Assembly: GCA_013239625.1 (NCBI GenBank)
Contig: MU054187.1
Location: forward strand, 20,428,897-20,492,896
From: Lama guanicoe
Lineage: Eukaryota
Length of the DNA stretch: 64,000 nt
Direction: 5' to 3'
Part shown: positions 12,481-23,826 of the stretch, piece after piece
Layout: each line of letters opens with the position of its first letter
Numbering within the stretch: the stretch's first letter is position 1
Made by a program: the position numbers and the translations under genes
The notes under the pieces: generated by a model
Told to the model about the DNA's origin: nothing
The model's input: the letters and a program-made list of their open reading frames with translations, nothing else
The model's database searches: none

Positions 12481-13430
12481 TTTTTTTTTTTACATTTTTT
12501 ATTGATTCATAATCATTTTACAGTGTTGTGTCAAATTCCAGTGTTCAGCACAATTTTTCAGTCATTCATGGACATATACACACTCATTGTCACATTTTTT
12601 TCTCTGTGATTTATCATAACATTTTGTGTATATTTCCCTGTGCTATACAGTGTAATCTTGTTTATCTATTCTACAATTTTGAAATCCCAGTCTATCCCTT
12701 CCCACTCTCTACCTCCCCCTCCCCCCGTAACCACAAGTCTGTATTCTCTGTCCATGAGTCTATTTCTGTCCTATGTTTATGCTTTGTTTTTGTTTGTTTT
12801 TGTTTTTTAGATTCCACATATGAGCGATCTCATATGGTATTTTTCTTTCTCTTTCTGGCTTACTTCACTTAGAATGACATTCTCTAGGANNNNNNNNNNN
12901 NNNNNNNNNNNNNNNNNNNNNNNNNNNNNNNNNNNNNNNNNNNNNNNNNNNNNNNNNNNNNNNNNNNNNNNNNNNNNNNNNNNNNNNNNNNNNNNNNNNN
13001 NNNNNNNNNNNNNNNNNNNNNNNNNNNNNNNNNNNNNNNNNNNNNNNNNNNNNNNNNNNNNNNNNNNNNNNNNNNNNNNNNNNNNNNNNNNNNNNNNNNN
13101 NNNNNNNNNNNNNNNNNNNNNNNNNNNNNNNNNNNNNNNNNNNNNNNNNNNNNNNNNNNNNNNNNNNNNNNNNNNNNNNNNNNNNNNNNNNNNNNNNNNN
13201 NNNNNNNNNNNNNNNNNNNNNNNNNNNNNNNNNNNNNNNNNNNNNNNNNNNNNNNNNNNNNNNNNNNNNNNNNNNNNNNNNNNNNNNNNNNNNNNNNNNN
13301 NNNGTAGATTTCCTCTGGGTACAAGCCCAGGAGTGGGATTCCTGGGTCATACACTAAGTCTATTCCTAGTCTTTTGAGGAATCTCCACACTGTTTTCCAT
13401 AGTGGCTGCACCAAACTGCATTCCCACCAG
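12481..13430 (-). mobile_element. Young 5'-truncated LINE-1 (lineage-specific 3' end), containing the assembly gap
   Basis: Poly-T tail, L1 3'UTR, ttttagattccacatatgagcgatctcatatggtat. The minus-strand translation [32 protein letters not shown] is the L1 ORF2 C-terminus. TSD tgaactt at 12474-12480 and 13431-13437. Confidence 0.9.
12890..13303. other. Assembly gap (414 N)
   Basis: Run of n characters. Confidence 1.
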
Positions 13431-14399
13431 TGAACTTCTTTCTAATACTGCTAGATTTGATTTTTCTAATATTTTATAGGGATGGAATTATGCCATATGT
13501 ACCCTTTTGTATTCAGGTTTTATTTTTTCCCTCAACACAATGTTTTTGACATCCATCTATGTTCTTGCACATATCAATAACTGATATATTTTTATTGCTG
13601 AATAACATTCTATTGTATAGATATACCACATTTACTTTATCATTATTTCCTTTTCTATATTACAGAAACTCATTAAAACATCAGCTCTAATCAGCATAAC
13701 AGGAAACAAATAATTTGTAACTCAAGAAAGTAAATAGGAGATACATCTTATGTCTTTTTTGTGCTTGCTTCACAATTTGTATTATAGACCGAATTACCAA
13801 ATTATAGCCTTGTCAGTTTCAAAGATCTCTGAATATATTCACGGAGTTTATCACATGCAAACCAGCAAGAACAAAAATGACTGCTTGTTGAGACATTCCA
13901 TTCTTTATATTGCCAAAAATTGTTGCTTTGAAACTGTTATGCATGAGACCATAATACTGGAATAATAGAACTCTAATGAATGTAAGTCACTATTTAAGAT
14001 GGAAGCTAATCAGTGGGATAGTGCTACAAAGCATTTGAAGATGGATATTACTTCTGTGTAGTAACATCAGTCATGCTCCTAAAGCAGTTAATGCATATGT
14101 TTGTCTTAAATATATTTACATCATTTAGTTCTAAGAGAAGTGTCATTCAGGCTGCAATAACTCCAAAAGAACCAATAAAAGGGAGAGTAATTTTGAAAGT
14201 TTCTTAGTGTTTTTATCCCTTCATGCATTTTCTCTCTCCCCTTCTAGTCTGCCTCTCTTCTCAATAGATGAGATAAGACTTTAGACCCAGATAAGAGATT
14301 ACAAAGCACAGAGACCTTCACTTAAGAGCATCTTGAACTTTAAGGAGTCCTGCTCTTGACCATCTATAGCTGAATCACTTTCCATGGGGTCAGAAATTA

Positions 14400-14945
14400 C
14401 AAGACCACCAGGAGCATCCCATCTAGAGTATAACCCCCTCCACTGCAGACCGTACGCTCCAGTTACCGGTACTTTTATTACAAGCTCCTGAACCTGCTTC
14501 TGGCTCCTGTGCTGACCTCTTCCCTAGTACCTTGTTTCCAAAAACACACACACTACTAGTTTGTGTATATGAGGCCTTAGAGAGAAGTCAAAGAGTGGCT
14601 ATTTAAAAGGGGTGGGGGATGAGCAGAGCAGGTGCTTGGGCTGGACTATTCACGTGCTCCATGGGATGGCAAAGAAGAGGAGAGTCTCATGGCTAGAAGC
14701 CTGAAGACAGTGGCCAGATCTCCCTTTGCTGTGGTGTTCGACCATGGATACATATGGAAGAGAGAATTCTAAGTTTGAACCTGGACTTCCAGGTCATCAT
14801 GAAGAGTATTTGTCAAGGAATGAAAATAAGAAATATTTTGTTTGAAAGTTTGACGGCTTAATTTAAATTTTAAACGTTATATTTATACATGGTAAGCCTC
14901 CATTTGTACTTTTGCCCAAGTCCCCAAAATGTAACAGACAAACTT
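14400..14945. mobile_element. Ancient hAT-type DNA transposon remnant (MamRep4096-like, tentative)
   Basis: gaattctaagtttgaacctggacttccaggtcatcatgaagagtatttgtcaagg...gcctccatttgtacttttgcccaagtccccaaaatgt matches my recall of that family's end. Left boundary uncertain. Confidence 0.45.
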
Positions 14946-15494
14946 AACATTTGTCTATTTTTGAGTCTAATGTTAGATGAATATTACAGCCAAGTATAAA
15001 GAGGTGTTTTAAGTAATTGTTTTCAGTAAAATTTTCCTAGGATATTACTCAAGAGCTAAATTTGCATCTCCATACCAAAGAGGATGTGAGCAAAATGATC
15101 TGATCATTTCCCTCTTCCTCTGCTTCTGGTCAGTGACGGGTGGGGAGAGAGGGCCTTGGTTGTTTTGTTGCATTTTAATAAAAAAGACTTCTTCTTGTTC
15201 CAGTCACATAACCACTTATTATTTAAGATAGTGATGACTCTTCTTTATCAATTTCAAGTAGATAATCACACCACTCACCTCGCTGTTGTTGTTTGTTTTA
15301 CTTAGAATAAAACATTCAAACACTAGAAAACCAAACCAAAAAAGTGAATTTTCCCATGAGTTGAAATGTGTCTATTAAGTGCTAAATACTTTAGGATAGA
15401 AAAGATGAAGGATACATAGGAGCTTATATTTGTAGAGTTGAAATGACTCAAAGAGGTTTATAGAACTATATCATTTATGTAAGCACCTAATACA

Positions 15495-15900
15495 GTAGAC
15501 TTGAAAATATAAATTTAAAACTATGTATGCCAAGATATCATGAAAAATAGCATAAGGATATAAGAAAAATGTTTCAATAAGTGATTCAAGGTTGTTAATT
15601 ACTAGTTATAAGGCACAATAATAAGGAGGAATCCATAATGTCAACAATTCCAGAGAGCAACTGGGCAACGAGCAAGAACAATTAACTGGTAAGGTAGAAA
15701 AATAGCTATAAATATGTAAAATTTTATTCAACTTATTACTTGTTAGTAATCAAAAATGATAAAATAGAAAGAATAATAATGAGAGATTTTTTTAATTTGT
15801 CAAATTATATAAAATGTTAAGATGAAAAATAAGGCTCAGTGCTTGAAATTCTGGATACAGAATATCCCATTATGTGCTTGTGGCTGAATTTATAGATTCC
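15495..15900 (+). mobile_element. Very old LINE-1 (L1ME-like) ORF2 3' fragment
   Basis: Decayed motifs ctgggcaacgagcaagaaca, ttagtaatcaaaaatg, aataatgagagatttt. Confidence 0.5.
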
Positions 15901-17268
15901 TTCATATATGATTTCATATTAATAATACTGAGATGAGAAAGAACATTTATAAATCTGTGTGTGAGGTCATTTTCTTTGGTTGCACTGCTATAGGTATTAA
16001 TACATGTTGCTAAATTTTTTTAATGAATTAACAAAGCAAATGACAGAATATGGTGATGCTGATGTGGAATAATGTGCAATTTCAAACACTGAACATTAAT
16101 TTCATCTTAACATTTTATATAATTTGACAAATTTAAAAATCTCTCATTATTATGGTTAGACATAAGCTCTTTGAAAATGGCAATGCTGATATTATAGTGA
16201 AATTTTAGCACTTTGAATCAGTGACTACATTTCTTCGGTAATCTTAAACATGGCACCTACATGGCCTCTTTTATTAATATTCAATGTAGAATTGGAAATT
16301 AGGACTAGAAAAGAGGGAAAATACATATCTAACATTGTATGAAGTGAAATATTATATGAAAAATATCTACCCCCATTTTTGTTCCAGTTTGTATTATCTG
16401 CAAAAATATCACAGAGAATTTAAGAATATGTAAATTTTAATAGTTTCCATCTCTGTTTTTTTCTCACAAGACGAAATTTAAAAACCTAATATTAAACCAT
16501 GATTACAGATGGAAGAAAGAAAGACAAAGAAAAAAAATAAGAAATGAAGACACTAATAAAAGGGATGGAAAAGATCCTAATTACACAGTACAGTGTGCAG
16601 AGAATTATCCTTGAATGGCTTGGCTCCTCGTGAGCTGGATTTTTGTGTTAATTAGGCACATCCCTCATTAAGTATGCCTGTAACTTACTTAAATTCTTTT
16701 CAATTCAGCACTCAGTGCTCAGAAACAAACAGCAAATAGCCCCATCTCCCCTTGAGAATTTCCAAGATAGAGACAAAAAAATATAGGTTCAAATTTTTTA
16801 TGAAAGTATGAAAAAATATCTTTTCAAATTTCTTTTGTTTGGGAAGACACATTTTGTTGAACATTTTTTTCTTAAGAGTCAAATACAAATCAACTTTGAG
16901 AAGTTTAAGATATTATTAAAGCAAGTATTATTTCTTATACTGTTTGTGAGCAACAAATAGGGACCTAAAAGTCTTCAAATTATCTAGATGTAAGAGTATA
17001 TCTGACACCAAAATTCAAGTGTAAATTACATACTCCATAACATGCACCAAAAATTATTCATGATGTGACTTTAAAGCTATCTTTTAATTATTATCTCCCA
17101 GTGTATTCCATTTTCTGCCTCTTCTACAAAATATTCAAATAATTGAGCTAGTGATTTTTAACCTGAAAATGTTACATAGCTTCACACATCTGTAGCTACT
17201 GTGAGACTGACGCAAGTGCCTGTTGCCGACAATGACTTTAAGACTTTGCATGAGGCATTTGGATTTCA

Positions 17269-20200
17269 GGGGGTGGATCAAGATGGTGGAATAGGAAGAC
17301 CTTGCACTCATCTCCTCCCATTTTGTTCTATCATGTTGTTACCAGCACTGAAAAGCCTATTTTTTGAATTCTCTCTCTGCTATATCAGAGCTAGGAGCTT
17401 GCCCCCAACTACCAATGGACCCATAGTAGTCACAAGCTGCCAGGATGCCCAGCCAAACTGTGCAGGGAGACTGCCCCTGCCCACCAGTGTGCTTGCAACA
17501 TTCATGTACCATGAAGCATTGCAATTAGCTATACCAAGGTCCTGCCTCACCCACAAGCACACCTACAACCACCTCAGGATGCAGATCCTTACAATTACCA
17601 GCCAGGTCAGAGGCCAGCCTTGTCTACCAATGTGCCCACAATAATCAGCCCCACTTAAACAATAGGGCTCACAAAGCCCACGTAAGGGACACCCCTGGAG
17701 CGTGTAGCTTGGGTCGCCAAAGGGGAGCGTGCTCCTGAGCCCTATAGGATGCCTCATACATAAAGCCGCTGTTCTAAGATTAAGAGATATAACAGGCCTA
17801 CCTAATACATAGAAATAAACACAGAGAAATAGGTCAAATGAGGAGGCAGACACATATGTTCCAAATGAAGGAACAAGAGAAAATCTCAGAAAAATAATTG
17901 AGTAAAACAGAGATAAATAATTTATCCAATAAAGATTTCAAGATAATTATTATAAAAATGCTCACCAATATCAGGATAAGAAAGGATGAACACAGTGAGA
18001 ATTTCAACAAAGATTTAGGAAATATAAGAAAGAATCAATGAGTTAAAGAATGCAACAACTGAAATTTAAAAAATATAAATATAAATATAAATATAAATTA
18101 TATATGTATGTATATATATATATATATACACACACACTAGAAGCAATCAGCAGTAGATTAAATGATACAGAAGAATGTATCAGTGATTTGGAAGACACAG
18201 TAGTGGAAATTAACCAAGCAGAACAGAAAAAGATTTTTAAAAAAAGAAAGAAAATAAGGATAGTTCAAGAGCCCTCTAAGATAATCTGCAGCATTATAGG
18301 TGTCCTAGAAAGAGAAGGTGGAGGCAAAGAACATATTTGAAGACATAATAGTTGAAAATTTCCCTTCCCTGTGGGAGGAAACAGACATGCACATCTGAGT
18401 AGCACATGGAATGCAGCAAAAGCAATTATATGAAGAAAGTTTATAGCAATAAACTCAGGGAAAAATAAAACCTCAGGAAACAAGAAAAATCTCAAATAAA
18501 CAATCTAAACTTAGACAAAAAGAAACTATAAAAAGAAAAAACAAAAGCCAAAGTTAGTGGAAGGAAGGAATAATAAAGATCAGAATGAAAGTAAATAAAA
18601 TAGAGACAAAAAAACAAAAGAAAAATTTAATAAAATGAAGAGCTGGTTCTTTGAAAAGATAAACAAAATTGATAAACCTTTAACCAGATTTATCAAGAAA
18701 GAAAGAGAGAAAGCCCAAATAAATGAAATCAGAAATGAAAAAGGACATGTTACAACTGGCATCGCATAAATACAAAGAATCATTAAGATTATATTATAAA
18801 CAATTATATGCCAACAAATTAGATACCTGGAAGAAATGGATAAATTCCTAGAAATATACAATCTTCTAAGACTGAGTCAGGAAGAAACAGAAAATAAGAA
18901 CAAATCAATTACAAGTTATGAAACTGAATCAACAAATAAAAGTTGAGGACAAGATGTCTTCACAGGTGAAATCTATTAAACATCTAAGAAGAACTGATAC
19001 CTATCTTCCACAAACTATTCCAAAAATAAACAGGAAATACTTCTGAACTAACTAGGCCAGAAATACCCTGATACCAAAAATATGTAAGGCAGCACAAAAA
19101 AAAAAATTACCAGTCAATATCACTGATGTTAATAGATGTAACTTCCTACATAAATACTGGTAGCTGAATTCAATACTGCAAGAACCATACACCTTGATCA
19201 AGCAGGATTTATCACACGGAAGCTAGGATCATTCAACATCTGTAAATCAATCAATGTCATATATCTCCTAACAAAATGCAGAATACAAATCATATGATCA
19301 ATGTCGATAGGTGTAGAAAAAGCTTTTGATAAATTCAACATCCATTCATGATAAGGCTACATATGACAAGACCACAACCAACATCATACTCAATGCCAAA
19401 AGGCTGAAAGCAATTCCTCTAAGATCAGGAACAAGACAAAGATGCCCACCTTTGCTATTTTTTTCAACATAGTATTGGCATTCCTAGCCACAACAATCAG
19501 ACAAGAAAAAAAAAATCAAAGGAATCCAAATTGGAAAGTGAGGTATAAAATTGTCATTGTTTGCAGATGGCATGACATTATATATAGAAAATCCTATAGA
19601 TGCCACCAAAAACTATTAGACCTAATAAATGAATTCAGTAAAGTTGCAGGATACAAAATTAACATTCAGAAATGCGTTGTATTTCTATATACTAATAATG
19701 AACTCTCAGAAAGAGTAATTAAGAGAATGACCCCATTTACAATTGCTTCAAAAAGAATAAAAGGTCTAGAAATAAATCCAACCAATGAGGTGAAAAACCT
19801 ATACATTGATGAAATTGAAGAGAACATAACAAATAGAAACATTTGTGGCGCTCATGGACTGGAAAAATTAATATTGTTAAAAAGTCCATACTACCCAAGG
19901 CAATCTTCAGAGTCAGTGCAATCTCTATCTAAATAGGAATGGTATTTTCACAGAACTGGAACAAATAATACTAAAAATCAGAAAGAAATTACAAAAGATC
20001 CTGATTAGTCAAAGAAATCTTCAGAAGGAAGAAGAAAGCTGGAGATACCATGCTCGCTGTACTGCAAACCTGCAGAAATCCAAACAGTATGGTACTGGCA
20101 CAAAAACAGACACAAAAAGAGGCTAATGGACTAGAATAGAGACTTCATAAATAAACCAATGTGCATATAATTAGAAAACATATGACCAAGTAGGCAAGAA

Positions 20201-21042
20201 TACACAATGGGGGACATACAGCCTCTTCCATAAACAGTGTTGAGAAAACTGGACAGCTATATGCAAAATAATGAAATCTAGTCCACATTATCATACCTTA
20301 TACAAAATAAACTCAAAATGGATTCAAGATTTAAATGTAATGTCTGAAACCATAAAAATTCTAGAGGAAAACGAAGGCAGTACACTCTTTGACGTGAATC
20401 TAGCTATATATATACTCTAGGAATGATTCTTCAAACAAGGGCAACAAAAGCAAAAATAAACATGGAATTACACCAAACTAAAAACTTTTACTGCAAGAAG
20501 GAAGCCATAAACAAAATGAAAAGGCAGCCTACTGAATGAGAGAAGGTATTTGTAAACCATGTATCTGATAAGGGTTTAATTTGTAAAATACATAAAGAAG
20601 CCATAAAACTCAATATTAAAAAAACTTATTAAAAATGGGCAGAGAATCTGAATAAATGTTTTTCCAAGGAAGACTTCCAGATGGCCGACAAATACATGAA
20701 AAGATGCTCAACTTCAGTAATCAGGGAAACGCAACTCAAAACCACAATATTACTTCACACCTGTCAAAATTGTAATCATCGAAAAAGTAAGAAATAGCCA
20801 GTATTAGGACGTGGAGAAAAGGAAACACTGATGTACTTTTGGTGTGATTGCAAATTGGTACAGTCACTATGAAAAACAGTATGGAGATTCTTCAAAAAAT
20901 TAAAAGTAGAACTGCCATAAAATCCAGTAATTTTACTTCTGGGTATTTACCCAAAGACAATAAAAACACCAATTCGAAGAAATATATGCACTTCTATATT
21001 TATTGCAGCATATTTACAATAACCAGGATGTGGAAGCAACCA
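17269..21042 (+). mobile_element. LINE-1 retaining 5'UTR, partial ORF1 and most of ORF2; internally deleted, 3' end missing, non-functional
   Basis: 5' end gggggtggatCAAGATGGTGG (17279). ORF1 ATG at 17838 (atgaggaggcagacacatatgttccaaatgaaggaacaa). ORF2 motifs ctggttctttgaaaagataaacaaaattga, ggaacaagacaaagatgcccac, tttgcagatggcatgac (FADD-type site, mutated) and [17 protein letters not shown]. Many stops and frameshifts. Confidence 0.93.
18068..18138. repeat. (AAATAT)n/(TA)n/(CA)n compound microsatellite inside L1 ORF1
   Basis: aaatataaatataaatataaatataaattatatatgtatgtatatatatatatatatacacacacac. Confidence 0.9.
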
Positions 21043-21349
21043 GTTTGTTATCTACTGTTTCTTTGAGCTATTAGATAGAAGAGGCATGATATATTTTTTT
21101 AGATTGAGGCTCAATGTGCTTATCTTTAAAAATGTATAGAACACATCTATAAAAATTTTAAGAAGACTGAAAGTAAACATCTTGTATTGTATGAGGACAA
21201 GATTAAACAATGAAACCCAAAACTTTCAGCTCAACAGTTGATCTTCCCAAACACAGAAAACTGTAGCACTCTGATAGAAAGGGAGGAACACAGAAAGGGA
21301 AAACCCATGTTACCCTTCCCACATCATTACTGACTCATAGCTACGACAT

Positions 21350-21577
21350 TAGCACTTGGTGCTTGGAGCTGATGGCGCCGTCTCTCAACCACAAGCAGGC
21401 ACATCACCAACACGCTCAGGATGGCAGAGTGGGCAGATGATGGCAAGATTCTGAGTCCTTAATTACACAGATGAGCCACTAACTCAACGATGGAACACCC
21501 TGTTGTGGACCTTTTTTTTTTACTGCGATCATAAATGACATTTGTCTCTTGCAGCTAAAACCACCTTAACTAATACA
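21350..21577 (+). mobile_element. MaLR LTR fragment (MLT1J/K-like)
   Basis: tgcttggagctgatggcgccgtct...aggatggcagagtgg...ctgagtcctt, with LTR end cttgcagctaaaaccaccttaactaataca. Confidence 0.65.
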
Positions 21578-21674
21578 ACACCCATTACCATCTGACTGCA
21601 TTTTCCTAACCTTCCACCATCACATTATATTCTAACCACACTCTACCTGCCACCCAAATTATCCTTTAAAGTGA

Positions 21675-21932
21675 CAGAATTCTACTCACATTTGAGACCT
21701 AGGTCAAATGTCACTTACTCTTTGAAGGATTCCCAAATGAGGGAGTTAAATTCACTCTCTTCACTGTTCCCACACATCTTTATCAACATTACAGACCTCA
21801 CCAAATGTTATTACAGATCAGGAACAGCATAGTGGCTACATCTCTGAGTTATTAATTATTGTATTTCCCAGCATCAAGAGCAGAGCTTAGAATATAATAC
21901 ATACTTAGTAAGTGCATGTTTGCTAAATGAAA
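21675..21932 (+). mobile_element. L2 3' fragment
   Basis: aattctactcacatttgagacctaggtcaaatgtcac...ttgtatttcccagcatc...tgtttgctaaatgaa. Confidence 0.6.
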
Positions 21933-22612
21933 TTTAATCAGATAACATTTCAGTTAAAGTAATTTAAAAGTCTAAATTCTTTTGGAATTCATAAGGACAG
22001 GGAAAAAAACTAATAAGGACTGAATAACTCGTATCAAACTAGCCTGTTGATGGCATTTTAAACAATTCAAATGACCTGTACCACATGTGAATCCCTGACT
22101 CAATCAACTTGCGCAGGAGGAGGGTGGAATGAACATTATAATTAGACAGTGTTTGTCAAATGTAAGAGACCATCCCTGTGATGGAATAATGCACTATAGA
22201 CACTTTCTAAACAGAAATGGTACAAATACCGTAGCGTTCAAATAAATCAAAAAGTAATTGTGATTAGTGTTGTAGCTTTCATTTTTTTCCTTTTAGATTA
22301 ATGCTACAAAATCTTCAAAATGCAACAGCTTTGAGGATAAGTAGTAACCAAGATACTGTGTAGGTTGAGAAATGACAGTTGGCACCGCATACCAGGGAGA
22401 CTTGAAATTATGTCTTGACTCAGAATAGCAAATGTTTTCTTCACAGTATGAAAGAAAGAGTGTGTAAATCTCCTTAATAAATTTAGAGATACAGTTTGTT
22501 TTACAAATATAGAATAGTTTATCATCGGCTACCAACATAGCGGAAGACTTGTTGGGTTGGTGGAAGCTGTTTTGTTTTTCAGGAAGATTCAGCAGAGTTA
22601 CTTTGACATTTG

Positions 22613-23111
22613 CAGACGTTCCTCGTTTAATTGTGCTTTGCTTTATTGTGCTTCACAGATATTGCATTTTTTTCATACAGATTAAGGTTTGTGGCAACCC
22701 TACACTTAGCAAATCTATGATAGCCATTTTTGAAACAGGATTTGCTCATTTCCCGTCTCTGTGTGACATTTTAGTAATTCTCACAAGATTTCAAACTCTT
22801 TCATTATTATTATATTTGTTATGGTGATCTGTGATCAGTGATATTTGATGTTATTATTCCAAAAAGATTATGACTTACTAAGGCTCAGGTGATGGTTAGT
22901 ATTTTTTAGCAATAAAGTATTTTCTGGTTAAGTCACCTACATTTTTTACACATAACACTACTATTGCACACTCAATAGACTACACTATGGTGTCAACATT
23001 ACTTTATATCCACTGAGAAAGCAAAAAAAAATTGTGTGACTTATTTATTATGATATTTGCTTTATTGTTGCGGTATGGAGCTGAACTTGCCATATCTCCT
23101 AGGTACACCTG
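22613..23111 (+). mobile_element. Tigger1 internal-deletion derivative (Tigger1a_Art-like)
   Basis: Tigger1 left end (cctcgtttaattgtgctttgctttattgtgcttcacagatattgc...ggtttgtggcaaccct) joined near 22860 to the right end (aaaaagattatgact...atatctcctaggtacacctg). TA follows at 23112. No transposase. Confidence 0.9.
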
Positions 23112-23491
23112 TACCTTTGAGCTATTTTTGAATAAAGTATGAACAAAGCAAATTAATAGTGTCAACAAAAAACTAGAAGAGGAATATTTTTCCATCTTAG
23201 AGAAATAAAACATATTAAGATTATTCAGGGAGAAAAATTGACTAGTTATTTATGAACCATTTATTTTAAGAGACAGCTAAGACATCAATGGAGTAACAAA
23301 TCATTAGTATTTAGATAAAATTATCTTACATGCTATGCATTTGGATGTAAATATTAGACATACAATGGCTTTAAAACTTTTATAAATCAGGCTTTTCTTT
23401 AATTCATACTAGCCCTCTCCCTACTTAATTTAAAATAATGTGTTTACTATGACAAGTTGCATGAAAAATAATTGTGTAAATAAACTCACTA

Positions 23492-23826
23492 CAGTCATCC
23501 CTTGGTATTGTGGGGAATTAGTTCCAGAAACCCCTGTGGACACCACAGTCAGAGGATGCGCAAGTTCCGTATATAAAATTCCATAGTATTTGCATATAAC
23601 CTAAACATATCCTCTTGTATACTTTATCTTCTCTATATTATTTACAATACCTAATGCAATGTAAAGTCTATGTAAACAGTTGCTGGAATGCAGAAAGTTC
23701 AAGTTTTGTGTTTTGGAAGTTTCTGGAATTTTTTTTTTAATTTTGAATATTTTTGATCTGCAATTGTTTGACTATGAAGCTGTGGGATCAGTGGATATGG
23801 AATCCGTGGGTACGGAGAACTGACTA
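23492..23826 (+). mobile_element. MER2B-like Tigger-family non-autonomous DNA transposon
   Basis: TA + cagtcatcccttggtat...gtatttgcatataaccta...ttcaagttttgtgttttggaagtttctggaa...gaatccgtgggtacggagaactgact. Confidence 0.85.

Larger units (their letters stand above)
12310..13645 (-). mobile_element. Old LINE-1 (L1MB/L1ME-like) 3'UTR, split by a younger L1
   Basis: aaaatttacatacagtaaaatg on the left and atggaattatgccatatgtacccttttgt...tttattgctgaataacattctattgtatagatataccaca on the right. The halves are colinear across the insertion. Confidence 0.75.

Noticed and set aside
12820..13414. Three 160-185 aa ORFs
   Set aside because: Artefacts of translating through 414 N. The real residues are L1 ORF2 or 3'UTR.
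17201..17644. 147-aa ORF
   Set aside because: Non-ATG start, lies over an L1 5'UTR, no recognisable protein.
19442..19936. 164-aa ORF with RT-like residues
   Set aside because: Frameshifted remnant of L1 ORF2 within a dead element.
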